Part shown: piece after piece, positions 9,001 to 21,280 of the stretch | Numbering within the stretch: the stretch's first letter is position 1 | Layout: each line of letters begins with the position of its first letter | Assembly (NCBI GenBank): GCA_038227875.1 | Contig: JBBRPR010000002.1 | Location: 1-64,000 of the forward strand | From: Planctomycetota bacterium | GTDB lineage: Bacteria > Planctomycetota > SZUA-567 > H5-PLA8 | Direction: 5' to 3' | Length of the DNA stretch: 64,000 bases | The notes under the pieces: model-generated | The model's input: the letters and a program-made list of their open reading frames with translations, nothing else | What the model was told of the DNA's origin: nothing | The model's database searches: none | Position numbers and translations under genes: made by a program

Positions 9001-10818
9001 CGGCTTCACGACGCGGAAATAGAAATCGTCCCAGCTCTTGAACGGCCCGCGTTCGTAGCCGGCGAAACCGGAATTGGCGTCGGCGGTGTTCGGATCGGGA
9101 TCGGCGACGCCGGGCGCCTGCGTGCGCTGCCGCGCCATCAGGATCCGGTACGCCAGTTCGTGGGCTTCGTTCACCTGGCCGCCAGCGGGGACAAAATTCG
9201 GCGCGCCCAGCTTGCCATTGTTGGCGATGTAGCTGAACTTCGGATCGGGCGTCGGCAGCGGACGGTTGAGCACCAGCTTGCCCGAGTCCGCGGGAATGCG
9301 CTTCAAACCTTTCGGCGTGAGCAGATACGATTCCTGGTTGCGCGAGGGAAAGTCGGCGACCTTCCAGTCGCTGGCCACGCCGTTCCACGCCGTACGCGCT
9401 TTCAGCGGCCACGCGGCGATCTTGTTGATGTCCGCGTCGGTGCCCACCGCCATCGGGTTGGCGTACTGCACGTTCAGCCCGAGAAAGAGCGCTTCAATCA
9501 CCTTGTCTGACGCCGTATTGATGTTCACCGGCGAACGGTGGATGCAGAGCGGATGCGCGACGTAGTCGGTGTCGGGATCGTCAATCAGCGTGCCGGTCAC
9601 CGGATCGGTCTTGGGGAACGACGGCGTGTTCGGGGGCGGGGGATTGGCTAACGTCGCGCCGTTCTTGTCCACCAGGGGCGCGTCCTCGCGTGCAACTATA
9701 ATGTAGGAACTGATCGGGCCGGGATTGACCGCGAAGCCGTTCTCCACTTCCACCCAGTCGATGCCGTTGGTCTTGATGCGCCGCAACTGGCCCATGCCAT
9801 GTCCATTGAGGATCGCCAGGTAGCTGCCGCGCAGCGAGCCGCGGGTGTTCTTCGGATCGTTGATCGGGTCGTCGACCACCCAGCTCTTGTCGCGGTCGAT
9901 GGCGATGGTCTTGGCGCTGGCGTCGACCCATTCGAACTTGCCGACGCAGATCGTGTTCGTGTCGACCCACGAATCGACCGTGATGTAATCGCGCAGCGAC
10001 GCGAACTTCACTTCGCGCTCCAGTTGTTCCAGCTGCCGGTCGGTGACGGGATTGCCCGTGTTGCGCTTCACGAACGTCAGGGCGTTCTTGATGTCGGTGG
10101 TGCTTAAAAAACGCCCGTGGCGCGCGCGGTAGCCGGCGATCGCGTAGCCGTCGCCGTACTTCGCCGGTCCCTTCCCGTCGTTGGTCAGCGTGAGCGGGCG
10201 TTGATCGCTGTCGAGCTTATAGTAGGCGTCTTGAGTCGACTGCGTGTCGTCGGGGTTGCTGCCGAAGGCGTAGCCTTCCGCCTTCCAGCGCATCGGAATC
10301 AGCGCGTCCTGATCGGCGGCGACCAGCGGCGGACCGATCACGCGGCAGAGGTTATCCAGCACCACTGCCAGGTTGTCGCAGGCGTTGATGTTGATCTTGC
10401 TCGCCGCGTCGGTGATATGGAGCGTGTAGCGGTCGCTGTCGGGCGCCACGGACGCGCCCATCGCGCGCGTATAAGAAAGGGTGATGCCATTCTTGTCGAC
10501 GGCCAGATACGAATCGCGCCGGGCGGCGTTGTTGAGCCAATCGACGGTGTACCACGCATCGCTGGGGTCTTCGGTCTTGGCGTACGCCTGCGTGCGCAGC
10601 CGCGCGATGGCGTCCTCGACGCCGGCCCGCGCCATCATCTCCGCGCGCACCGCATCGGAGTACCGCACCGCCGACTTCGTCTGCATCACCGTGAGCGTAA
10701 AGAAGGCCGTGGTGAGCGCTGCGAGCACGACCAGCACCCCTACCACGACGATCAGCGCGACACCGTTGCGCTTGAGTTTGGGACCGAGGAACCTGCCGCC
10801 TTGCTTGCTCATCGCCAT
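6055..10818 (-). CDS. Giant PilX/GspK-like minor pilin, possible C-terminal LamG-like domain (1587 aa)
   Basis: RNG|VALIVVVGVLVVLA without Glu5; AEMMARAGVEDAIARL; GspK-like KININA and VNINTAS; VTMWFK...WHYVG...AVIDELKIS near the C-terminus. Confidence 0.75.
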   Translation of the reverse strand: MAMSKQGGRFLGPKLKRNGVALIVVVGVLVVLAALTTAFFTLTVMQTKSAVRYSDAVRAEMMARAGVEDAIARLRTQAYAKTEDPSDAWYTVDWLNNAARRDSYLAVDKNGITLSYTRAMGASVAPDSDRYTLHITDAASKININACDNLAVVLDNLCRVIGPPLVAADQDALIPMRWKAEGYAFGSNPDDTQSTQDAYYKLDSDQRPLTLTNDGKGPAKYGDGYAIAGYRARHGRFLSTTDIKNALTFVKRNTGNPVTDRQLEQLEREVKFASLRDYITVDSWVDTNTICVGKFEWVDASAKTIAIDRDKSWVVDDPINDPKNTRGSLRGSYLAILNGHGMGQLRRIKTNGIDWVEVENGFAVNPGPISSYIIVAREDAPLVDKNGATLANPPPPNTPSFPKTDPVTGTLIDDPDTDYVAHPLCIHRSPVNINTASDKVIEALFLGLNVQYANPMAVGTDADINKIAAWPLKARTAWNGVASDWKVADFPSRNQESYLLTPKGLKRIPADSGKLVLNRPLPTPDPKFSYIANNGKLGAPNFVPAGGQVNEAHELAYRILMARQRTQAPGVADPDPNTADANSGFAGYERGPFKSWDDFYFRVVKPWDDLRSYPLGASVPYSGNPAKKGLGQDSVARMIMANFNSNADILKFNPNIEWIDRWGRNFTEMEPLMAYTNAPEPHNNPAVASPITNSSIPIFAHDDLNTTFGSGLSTYQSDVYLKPFGKLPGDPDAGSYIIRNFRYKSDEMLDKSDLNRSTTEFVFDSAGIYDIESAGQIVNKHEVLAERRIEALVKVYDVWRETTQRQFAQGVISKAAATDATLESFAHSGSVTRDAVNVTDKLALTTLPEPLVPLKYTIKNANSAEVVDRAGTARDGWGNAKADITVPDVVANRVQPAAYDGQLSLATNTMRFDPNSDKDTFLASFNGDLDTDTAAGNGREQAKIPHLPTNDGDKFRVVNTFSLLGLMDDAIIDIDQDLPANNPRVYRFPSADNALKGLNTNFYWNNVSVRSGDLRPEGVYLAGPGVSGAKSTLKYLFDNNKKNFEPGDPQGAMVTMWFKSTWHANDHRNHEFFNASNPSNDKVGTTARSCYLTKWGNMFFAGTATKIPYTSGESDRNNDLNFELEGQVRPGEAVEIHDMDLLTFLHGGYAHVYPSLLPPLAAPGTEESPQFRVQPFRWHYVGARWRYGQAVPRDEYLNNGDPLDNLRAGEQSTGHWINSLDGTNPENEVIIGKMGRPFINSQCYPETPTGINPDFWLQYNGGRGIQAYRYFTGPCDIGNPGPVGMGYGETGQDAKWWWADPSGAPVEQKVFGVNNINQDEKHWIYRHLPCDGTYAVIDELKISHLDRVLQDSPDWAHDRAAKEQQMSRYYLPPNPKSTSPNDVNGCPFFTSQSLLQSLQGYDKSVSAEQVSIVRVSWTAFTPRFMHEHKMPTFNRTENFTRFDAGQKKVTVQFQGPFDYLRYNDDNDNSAYSVNRPAPPLPPFQSHATKGVEIELLDGNTLAATTGTYINPDVMNAVGSMAAPVRVRTDKLHYRVRFRYPIDPSVDPTAGDTVDPQKHYLLDTPVFDDISIVYVTQPRILAYRDMSE

Positions 10819-11613
10819 CGCCCCCGGATTCGCGCCACTTGAATTATTGCAAAGTATTTATTAATATGTATTTCCACTGAACTGTATTTGAATGTATAAA
10901 CCTCTCGCTGGTGGATGTCCACCAAAAAATGTATTTTCAAACAGTTTGCTCTAGGTGCGTTGCGGATTGTTGGTTTGTGAGCAGCCTAGAGGGACCCCCT
11001 CGTCTCGGGTGGGGACCAATTGGTCCCCGGGGTAAACAGCAGCGTGGGTGCTTCGATGGATAGTGTGGCGATCCGACGGAACGAGATGGTGTCGCTGTCG
11101 CCCAGCGAATTGGTGCCACCGGCACGGACGGACTTGAGCGTAGCGAAAGTCCGACCTTGCCCGTGCGACCTCGCGCAGAAACCTCGCCCATCCGATGCGT
11201 CAAGATCGCGCGAGTCGTCGCGGCCTGGAAGGCCGCGCGTTAATAGCCATGGGCGGCAGCCCTTGGTCCAATCCGCTCTCGGAAGCGCCGCGCCCTGTCA
11301 GGGCTCCCGACACACGCGCGATTCTCGATCAACTCACCAATCCACCCGCCGACCCCGGATTCGCACAGGCTCACAACCCATTTTTCCACGGAGAAAACGC
11401 TCAGAATTCCAAAAAATTCCCACACGAAAAAAGCATGATTTTCGCGCTTTTTCCGAGCGAAAATCGAGTCGCGGGCCGCATCCGTCGAGGGAGTTTTCGG
11501 TTGTGGAGATGGAGCCTCAAAAGTGCAAGTACAAATCGCCGCGCGCCGCGCCGCGCGCGCTTCGTCCGATATTCATTTCTAGCATCCGTTCTGCGTGTCG
11601 ATACAATCTGTAG

Positions 11614-14295
<2,682 letters not shown>

Positions 14296-14323
14296 TCTCT
14301 TTTACATTCAAAGAATCCACAGT

Positions 14324-14363
14324 TGCGCTGCTGGTGCTGGAAAATCGCGACACCAGCAGCGCA
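14324..14363 (+). terminator. 13-bp stem hairpin after gyrB
   Basis: tgcgctgctggtg ... caccagcagcgca; weak U-tail. Confidence 0.4.
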
Positions 14364-14411
14364 CGGTTTAACTTTCCGGTATCCCAGAGATGGTAAGGAC
14401 CGCACGTATCA

Positions 14412-15092
14412 ATGAACGATAGAATGATCGCCGATCTTCTCGTCGTACTGCTGGTCATTTACGCCACGAGCCTGCATGAAATGGCGCACGCCTATGTTTC
14501 CACGTGGCTTGGCGATCCCACGCCCGGGCGGCATGGGCGCCTGACGTGGAATCCCATTCCGCATTTGAGCCCCGTAATGACGGCCATCATTTTGCCTCTG
14601 CTCCTCTATGTTTCCTCGGGCGGAAGCCGTCTGTTTATTCTCGCGCTGACGCCGATCGATCCGACAAAATACAAACGGCCGCTGCGTGACCGCGCATTGG
14701 TGTCCGGGGCGGGGCCGGCCTCGAATTTTCTGATCACCGCGTTGATGCTTGCCGTCATGCACATTCCGGGTGTGATTGCCTACAGTTACAACCCCAATAG
14801 CGATAACTATGGTCCTGGAAATTGGACAACGATGGTATTGCCGAGTGCCGCGTACTGGATTTACATCATGGGATTTTTCAATCTGATGCCGCTGCCGCCG
14901 CTGGATGGCTACGGCATTTTTCGCGGGCTGATCCCGTTGCATTTGCGGCGGACGGCCGACGACTTTTCACGCAGCCAGCTCTCGTTTCTCTTTGTGTTCG
15001 TCGTGGCCGGATTCCTGTTCCAGTACGTCCGCGATCCGATCGACGACCTCTATTGGCGCGTGTTGATGCCGCACGCGCGCTTGATGGAGTGA
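14412..15092 (+). CDS. Site-2 protease (M50 family)
   Basis: HEMAH, AGPASN, FNLMPLPPLDG; several TM segments. Confidence 0.9.
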   Translation: MNDRMIADLLVVLLVIYATSLHEMAHAYVSTWLGDPTPGRHGRLTWNPIPHLSPVMTAIILPLLLYVSSGGSRLFILALTPIDPTKYKRPLRDRALVSGAGPASNFLITALMLAVMHIPGVIAYSYNPNSDNYGPGNWTTMVLPSAAYWIYIMGFFNLMPLPPLDGYGIFRGLIPLHLRRTADDFSRSQLSFLFVFVVAGFLFQYVRDPIDDLYWRVLMPHARLME

Positions 15093-15159
15093 TTCCGTGC
15101 ATGGAGCCCCACCCGCCAGGCACGTCTGACCTATTTTTAAAATTTATGTATTAAATTAA

Positions 15160-15187
15160 TTGACAATCCCATTCCACGGTCTATTAT
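15160..15187 (+). promoter_or_regulatory. Sigma70-like promoter
   Basis: TTGACA-N16-TATTAT preceded by an AT-rich UP-like tract. Confidence 0.55.
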
Positions 15188-15667
15188 TAAAACGTGCAGT
15201 AGTCCGCTCTCTGACAATCGCAGAGCCGTTTCACGCCCGCATCGACCCGGCCAGCCCGGGGTTCATTGGAGGGATCATGCCTTGATGGAACCCGACTGAC
15301 ATGGCAAAATTCAAAATTCAAAATTGCCCCGGATACCTCAATCGACTGTGTCAGGCAAGTACCACAACACTGTTGTACTGGAAAACACTAGACACCTGAA
15401 AATGCGTAACATTATGTAACATTTTGTAACATTTGCCTATGAGAAAGGTGTGGTACTTCACCCCGTGCAAACCGGCCAAATGTTACATCACAGGCAGCTG
15501 ACGGGTGCTGATGTACCTTTTACTTCCGGTAAATTTACCGGCGGGCCGCCTCCGCTTTCCTTGCGTTGAGCCCCGCCTTCATCTTGCTATAACTATAGAC
15601 AAAGGGCTTCGCCCACAAAATTGGTTCACTGCCCAACCGATCTCAGATTGAAGGGAGCCACACCTCC

Positions 15668-18307
15668 ATGTCCGAACAGCTCACGATGATCAAGAAATTG
15701 TTCGCCACGTTCTCCGCGCGCCAGCAGACGCTGCGCAAGCGCCTCGGACGCGGACTCACGCAGGCCGAGAAGATTCTCTTCTCCCACCTCGACGATGTCG
15801 AAGGCCAGGAATTGAAGCGCGGCGAGAGCTTCCTGATGCTCCATCCCGACCGCGTCGCACTCCAGGACGCCACCGCGCAGATGGCCATCCTGCAGTTCAT
15901 CTCCAGCGGCAAACAGCGCGTCGCCGTCCCGACCACTGTGCACTGCGACCATCTCATCGTCGGCCGCGCCGGCGCGGAGATCGACATGGACGTCGCGCTG
16001 CGCGACAACAAGGAAGTCTACGATTTCCTCGCGACCTCCGCCAAAAAGTACGGCATGGGTTTCTGGAAGCCGGGCTCCGGCATCATCCATCAGGTCGTGA
16101 TTGAAAATTACGCCTTCCCCGGCGGACTGATGATCGGCACCGACAGCCACACGCCCAACGCCGGCGGCATGGGCATGCTCGCCATCGGAGTCGGCGGCGC
16201 GGATGCCGTCGACGTCATGGCCGGAATGCCATGGGAACTGCTCAACCCCAAGCTCGTCGGCGTGAAACTCACCGGCAGCCTGAACGGCTGGACCAGCGCC
16301 AAGGACGTGATCCTGAAGATGCTCGAACTGCTCACCTGCGCCGGCGGCACGAACAAGATCGTCGAATACTACGGCCCGGGCGTCGAGAGCATCAGCCTCA
16401 CCGGCCGCGGCACGATCACCAACATGGGCGCCGAACTCGGCGCGACGACCTCGGTCTTCCCCTTCGACCACCGCACGCAGGATTATCTCAACGCGACCTT
16501 CCGCAAGGACATCGCGGCCGAAGCGGCGAAGTTCGCGCAGTACATCAATGCCGACGAAGAAGTTCACGCCAACCCGGACGCCTACTACGACCAGGTGATC
16601 GAGATCAATCTCGACACGCTCGAACCGATGCTCGTTGGACCGCACACGCCGGACAAGGCGCACGCCGTCTCGACCATGAAGCAGGTCACGCACGCCGACG
16701 GCGGACAGTACGTGCTCAGCCGCATCAAGGACGCCAATGGCGCGGTGACCGAGGAAGAATACCCCGACGAAGTCAAAGTCGGCCTGATCGGCTCGTGCAC
16801 GAACAGCTCGTACGAAGACATCGGCCGCGCCGCCAACGTTGCCCGCCAGGCGTTGAGCAAGGGCATCAAGCCCAAAGCCGGATTGCTGGTGACGCCCGGT
16901 TCCGACCAGGTCTACGCCACGCTGACCCGCGACGGGCAGCTCGACACGCTCAAAGATATGGGCGCGACGATCCTGGCCAACGCCTGCGGCCCGTGCATCG
17001 GGCAGTGGAAGCGCGAGGACGTGAAGCCCGAGGACGAACAGAGCGGCAAGCCGAACGTGATCGTGACCAGCTTCAACCGCAACTTCCGCGGCCGCAACGA
17101 CAGCTTCAAGAGCACGTTGGCGTTCATCGGCTCGCCGGAATTGGTCGTCGCCAAGACGCTGGCCGGACGACTCTCGTTCAACCCGATCACCGACACGCTG
17201 AAAGACGGCAATGGCAACGACGTGAAGCTCGACCCGCCGACCTCCGCCGATCTGCCCGCCAACGGCTTCCTGCGCGACGACAAAGGATTCCAGGCGCCGG
17301 CCGAAGACGGCTCGGCGGTCAACGTCGTCGTCAGCCCGACCTCCGACCGTTTGCAATTGCTCGAACCGTTCACGCCGTGGGATGGCAAGGACATCCTCAA
17401 CGCGCGCGTGCTGGTCAAGGCGCTGGGCAAGTGCACCACCGATCACATTTCCGCGGCGGGCAAGTGGCTGAAGTACCGCGGCCATCTCGACAACATTTCC
17501 AACAACCTGCTGATCGGCGCGACCAACGCGTTCTCGAAGGAAATCGGCGTGGTCAAGAATCTGCGGACGGGCACGCCCAGCCGCCCGATTCCGGAAGTCG
17601 GCCGCGATTACAAGGCGCACGGGATCACGTGGGTGGTCGTCGGCGATCAGAACTACGGCGAAGGTTCCAGCCGCGAACACGCGGCGCTGGAGCCCCGCCA
17701 CCTCGGCGGCGTCGCGATTATCGTCAAGAGCTTCGCGCGCATCCACGAGACGAACCTGAAGAAGCAGGGCATGCTGCCGCTGGTCTTCGCCGATCCGGCC
17801 GACTACGACAAGATCCGCGAAGACGACACGATCGACATCATCGGCCTGAAGTTCTTCGCTCCGGGCCATCCGCTGACGGCCATCGTAAAGCACTCGGACG
17901 GCACCAAGGACGCGATTGAACTGAAGCACAGCTTCAACGCTGAGCAGATCGAATGGTTCAAAGCTGGCAGCGCGCTGAACCTGCTCAAGACGCTCGAAGC
18001 CGCGAAGGATGCAGCCAAGGCGGCGAAGGCCGCGAAGCCCGCGGCCGAGAAAGTCGTCAAGGCTGCGGTGATGGTGGCGAAGTCCAAACCGGCCGCGAAG
18101 AAGCCGGCGCCTCCGAAGCCCAAGGCCAAGCCCAAAGCCAAAGCGAAAGCGAAAGCCAAGGCACCGGTGAAGGTGAAAGCGAAGGCCAAGAAAGCCGCCA
18201 AGCCTGCGAAGGCCGCTAAGAAGGTGGTGAAGGCCAAGAGCAAGCCGAAGCCGAAGGCCAAGAAGCCGCTGGCGAAGCTGAAAGGCAAGAGCAAGTCCAA
18301 GCGCTAG
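15668..18307 (+). CDS. acnA: Aconitate hydratase (mitochondrial-like type) with Lys/Ala-rich C-terminal tail
   Basis: [61 protein letters not shown]. Confidence 0.93.
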   Translation: MSEQLTMIKKLFATFSARQQTLRKRLGRGLTQAEKILFSHLDDVEGQELKRGESFLMLHPDRVALQDATAQMAILQFISSGKQRVAVPTTVHCDHLIVGRAGAEIDMDVALRDNKEVYDFLATSAKKYGMGFWKPGSGIIHQVVIENYAFPGGLMIGTDSHTPNAGGMGMLAIGVGGADAVDVMAGMPWELLNPKLVGVKLTGSLNGWTSAKDVILKMLELLTCAGGTNKIVEYYGPGVESISLTGRGTITNMGAELGATTSVFPFDHRTQDYLNATFRKDIAAEAAKFAQYINADEEVHANPDAYYDQVIEINLDTLEPMLVGPHTPDKAHAVSTMKQVTHADGGQYVLSRIKDANGAVTEEEYPDEVKVGLIGSCTNSSYEDIGRAANVARQALSKGIKPKAGLLVTPGSDQVYATLTRDGQLDTLKDMGATILANACGPCIGQWKREDVKPEDEQSGKPNVIVTSFNRNFRGRNDSFKSTLAFIGSPELVVAKTLAGRLSFNPITDTLKDGNGNDVKLDPPTSADLPANGFLRDDKGFQAPAEDGSAVNVVVSPTSDRLQLLEPFTPWDGKDILNARVLVKALGKCTTDHISAAGKWLKYRGHLDNISNNLLIGATNAFSKEIGVVKNLRTGTPSRPIPEVGRDYKAHGITWVVVGDQNYGEGSSREHAALEPRHLGGVAIIVKSFARIHETNLKKQGMLPLVFADPADYDKIREDDTIDIIGLKFFAPGHPLTAIVKHSDGTKDAIELKHSFNAEQIEWFKAGSALNLLKTLEAAKDAAKAAKAAKPAAEKVVKAAVMVAKSKPAAKKPAPPKPKAKPKAKAKAKAKAPVKVKAKAKKAAKPAKAAKKVVKAKSKPKPKAKKPLAKLKGKSKSKR

Positions 18308-18413
18308 CATAGGGAAAATTTTCCCCATGTTGACTTTTGACCAGTCCAGTCCGACCGTCGGGCCACGTGGCCCGACGGTCGATGAAAATAACTAACACGG
18401 AGCGCGCCGCAAG

Positions 18414-18872
18414 ATGACCGACGACGCCAGCTCCGGCCGCTCGCCCCAGCGCTGGCTGGTGTTTGGCGTATGGACGCTGATTTTACTCTGGTCGATGGAC
18501 ATCGTCCGCCCGGCGGAATCGCAGTGGGTGGGCAAGCTGCAGAAACTGTTCGTGCATTACGGCCTGCCCGAATGGACGCCCGCGAAGCTCTACCACGCCG
18601 GCTCGTTTGCGCTGTGGACGGTCCTCCTGTCCGGCGCGCTGGCCTGCGGCTATCTTCGAAAACTATCGCGTTCGCAATCCTATGGCGTGATCGCCGCGTT
18701 GCTGCTCTTCGCCGGAATCCCCGAGCTGCTCCAACACCTCAACCCCGCGCGGACGCCGTCGTGGTTTGATGTGGGCGTGAACATTACGGGCGGCTTGATC
18801 GGCGTGGGGATGCAGGCGCTCGTGGCGCGGAAGTTTGAGACGGTCCCGAAGCCGCGTCAATCGAACGCGTAA
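18414..18872 (+). CDS. VanZ-family membrane protein
   Basis: KLYH...ELLQHLNPARTPSWFDVGVNITG. Confidence 0.75.
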   Translation: MTDDASSGRSPQRWLVFGVWTLILLWSMDIVRPAESQWVGKLQKLFVHYGLPEWTPAKLYHAGSFALWTVLLSGALACGYLRKLSRSQSYGVIAALLLFAGIPELLQHLNPARTPSWFDVGVNITGGLIGVGMQALVARKFETVPKPRQSNA

Positions 18873-19255
18873 GCACGCAAGGCATACATGAATAGAGCGC
18901 AAACCGCGCCGCACAGAGCACCCGTGACGATGGAAACCGCGCTGGCCCACGCAGTGACTGCGCTGGAGGGCGTTCGAATATCTATGTCCAGGCGTCCCGC
19001 GATCAGGCCGGTGATCTGGAAAATTCCCACGCAGACCACCACGACAATGGAGTAGGCCAGACCATGATCGCGAATATCGTACTCCGCAATTTTGGCTGCC
19101 GAGATGATCGTCGGAAACAGTCCAATCACCGCGGCCCACAGATCGGTGATGCGATAGTGGAAACGTCGATGGAGTGCCGAAAAGCGTCGCCAGTAACAAT
19201 AGAGGACGAGCGTTGGAATGATTACAAGCAGGTTTGCAAAGAGCACGTGAATCAT
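18857..19255 (-). CDS. Membrane protein, tandem paralog 5 of 5
   Basis: FHYRITDLWAA and AGRLDIDIR...VTAWASAVSIVTGA motifs. Confidence 0.75.
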   Translation of the reverse strand: MIHVLFANLLVIIPTLVLYCYWRRFSALHRRFHYRITDLWAAVIGLFPTIISAAKIAEYDIRDHGLAYSIVVVVCVGIFQITGLIAGRLDIDIRTPSSAVTAWASAVSIVTGALCGAVCALFMYALRAYAFD

Positions 19256-19722
19256 GAACGGTACACGTAAATGCCCAAGACGAATGGTGCTGACATCAGC
19301 AAACCAAAATAGGCACCAGCGAGAATGGATATGGCACTGTTCAATCCCGTGACGGGACCGACGTTGGCTTCATTCTGTCGCGTTTCAAGATCCATGCGAC
19401 CGGCCGCAAGACCGGCAATTTGAAACAGCCCCATGGCCACAACAATAAAGATTTCCGTCTTCAAATCCCACTTGAGTACCGGTCGCCACGTCTCCAAATT
19501 TGTGGCGGCAAACAATGTCGGCGCGAGCCCGGCCATTGCCGCCCAGATGTCACTAATATGGTAGTGGAACGGGCGACCGACAGCCTGGTACCGCAGCCAA
19601 TAGCCATGGAGAAAACAGTAGGCCAGAAGAATTAGAATAGCGACAAAGATAAGCTGTTGCATGGGGTGGGTAAACAGAAACACGGCAATTGCTATCAGCA
19701 ATATAAGGATGACGTAGCGCAT
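19252..19722 (-). CDS. Membrane protein, tandem paralog 4 of 5
   Basis: FHYHISDIWAA and AGRMDLETR...GPVTGLNSAISILAGA. Confidence 0.75.
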   Translation of the reverse strand: MRYVILILLIAIAVFLFTHPMQQLIFVAILILLAYCFLHGYWLRYQAVGRPFHYHISDIWAAMAGLAPTLFAATNLETWRPVLKWDLKTEIFIVVAMGLFQIAGLAAGRMDLETRQNEANVGPVTGLNSAISILAGAYFGLLMSAPFVLGIYVYRS

Positions 19723-19786
19723 GGCAGTCCTATTTTATGAGTCCGGTGAACGTCACCAAGGACATGTGTACATTCCCACACGTAAC

Positions 19787-20212
19787 TTATCTGAACACAG
19801 AGAGCGAGAACCCAAACGCAAAGGGTATGATAATCGAGCCGGCAAGGATTCCAAACACGCCGCCGGTGACAATCGAGACAGCGCTGCTCCAGTCGGTGAT
19901 CGGTCCGAGTTCTCTCTCGCGAAATTCGATATTCAGTCGGCCAATGACCACGCCCACAACCAAATAGACGGCGAGTCCGGAGGCAGCACAAATTAAGAAC
20001 CGCGCGAACTCGACATTGATACGATTGTCTCCGTGAACATCTATCGCCGCCGCGGCGAGTGCGAGCGACGGCGTCAGACACAGCGTCGCCGCCCAGATGT
20101 CGGTGATGCGGTAGTTGAACCGCCGCTTCAGCACCTTGAATCGGTTCCAATACAGCATGAATGCCACGGTGGGAACCAAGAGCGTCATGAAGCCGAAGGA
20201 GAGATAGAACAT
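19787..20212 (-). CDS. Membrane protein, tandem paralog 3 of 5
   Basis: FNYRITDIWAA and GRLNIEFR...GPITDWSSAVSIVTGG. Confidence 0.75.
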   Translation of the reverse strand: MFYLSFGFMTLLVPTVAFMLYWNRFKVLKRRFNYRITDIWAATLCLTPSLALAAAAIDVHGDNRINVEFARFLICAASGLAVYLVVGVVIGRLNIEFRERELGPITDWSSAVSIVTGGVFGILAGSIIIPFAFGFSLSVFR

Positions 20213-20277
20213 GCGAATCTCTTTTCTGCCCCAACAGTCAGTGGCACCAACAGACATGCAATGAGCACGTGGATCAC
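20185..20277 (-). pseudogene. Truncated 5' relic of a sixth paralog
   Basis: GTGA overlap then VIHVLIACLLV, matching MIHVLFANLLV of 18857-19255; similarity then stops. Confidence 0.5.
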
Positions 20278-20723
20278 AGGCTGCTTAGCACCACAAAGAG
20301 CGCGAAAGGGGCAGACAACAAGAGTCCAAAATACGCACCGGTGAGAATGGAGATCGCACTGTTCCACGCCGTGACGGCGCCCAGCTTGGCCTCGTGCTGC
20401 CGCGTTTCAAGATCCATGCGGCCGGCGGCAAGTCCGGCGATCTGAAAAAGTCCAATTGTCACGATGAAAATAATTCCCGTGAACAAATTACAGTGGAAGA
20501 CCGGTCTCCACTCTTCCAGATTTGCGGCGGCGAACAGCGTCGGTGCAATCCCCGCCATGGCGGCCCAGATATCGGTAATGCGGTAGTGAAATGGATGACC
20601 CACAGCTTGGAACCGCAACCAGTAACCATGGAGAAAGCAGAAGACTATGATGAGGGTGAGCCCAAAAGCCATGAGCGGATGTGACAATTGCTCAATCTTA
20701 ATCATAATCCCGTTCAAGTTCAT
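20274..20723 (-). CDS. Membrane protein, tandem paralog 2 of 5
   Basis: FHYRITDIWAA and AGRMDLETR...VTAWNSAISILTGA; closest to 19252-19722. Confidence 0.75.
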   Translation of the reverse strand: MNLNGIMIKIEQLSHPLMAFGLTLIIVFCFLHGYWLRFQAVGHPFHYRITDIWAAMAGIAPTLFAAANLEEWRPVFHCNLFTGIIFIVTIGLFQIAGLAAGRMDLETRQHEAKLGAVTAWNSAISILTGAYFGLLLSAPFALFVVLSSL

Positions 20724-20732
20724 TATTTTGCC

Positions 20733-21140
20733 CTACCCCAACGTCAACGCCACAATCACTGGCAAGATAAAGGACGCCGCCACCAATCCGAGCAAGGCTC
20801 CCGCGACAATCGAGACCGCGCTACTCCATGCCGTGATCGGACCGATGCCGGGTTCCTGCTCCCGGATCTCTAGGTCCATACGCCCGGCAGCCAGACCGGC
20901 CACTTGGAAAAAGGCCATTCCGATGACGTAAATTAAAGCATTGGAAATTCGAAATGCCTCCCCCAGCTCATGCAGATTTCCGGCAGCCAGCATCGTCGGC
21001 ACAAGACCGACCATCGCCGCCCAAATGTCCGTAATGCGGTAATTGAAGCGCCGATTCAGGAGACGGAATTTTAACCAATAGTGACTTACAAACAGAGATG
21101 CGCCGAGGGTCAGTAGCGTGAGGTAGACGACGTAGCGCAT
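20733..21140 (-). CDS. Membrane protein, tandem paralog 1 of 5
   Basis: FNYRITDIWAA and AGRMDLEIR...GPITAWSSAVSIVAGA; AAGGA RBS. Confidence 0.75.
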   Translation of the reverse strand: MRYVVYLTLLTLGASLFVSHYWLKFRLLNRRFNYRITDIWAAMVGLVPTMLAAGNLHELGEAFRISNALIYVIGMAFFQVAGLAAGRMDLEIREQEPGIGPITAWSSAVSIVAGALLGLVAASFILPVIVALTLG

Positions 21141-21161
21141 ACGTCCTTAATTATGCGACCC

Positions 21162-21179
21162 TGTTGACCATGGTCAACA
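21162..21179. promoter_or_regulatory. Perfect 18-bp palindrome TGTTGACCATGGTCAACA, copy 1
   Basis: Identical copy at 48231-48248; lies in a divergent intergenic gap. Confidence 0.6.
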
Positions 21180-21280
21180 AGGTAGTGCAACCGGCATCCG
21201 GAAATGGACTTGAACGTTCACGAATTCTCTCCAGCATAAGGCGTCTTCGATCTACCACTAATAGGGAGGTTTCACCTGTC

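Noticed and set aside
5383..9510. 1375-aa plus-strand ORF
   Set aside because: Antisense shadow of the PilX-like gene; Arg/Val-rich with no motifs, typical of high-GC DNA
11125..11160. GAAAGTCCG resembling the RNase P RNA signature
   Set aside because: Lacks the GAGGAAAGTCC context and the 3' partner motif; only a local hairpin
21162..21179. Palindrome as a parS site
   Set aside because: Does not match the 16-bp TGTTTCACGTGAAACA consensus in core or length
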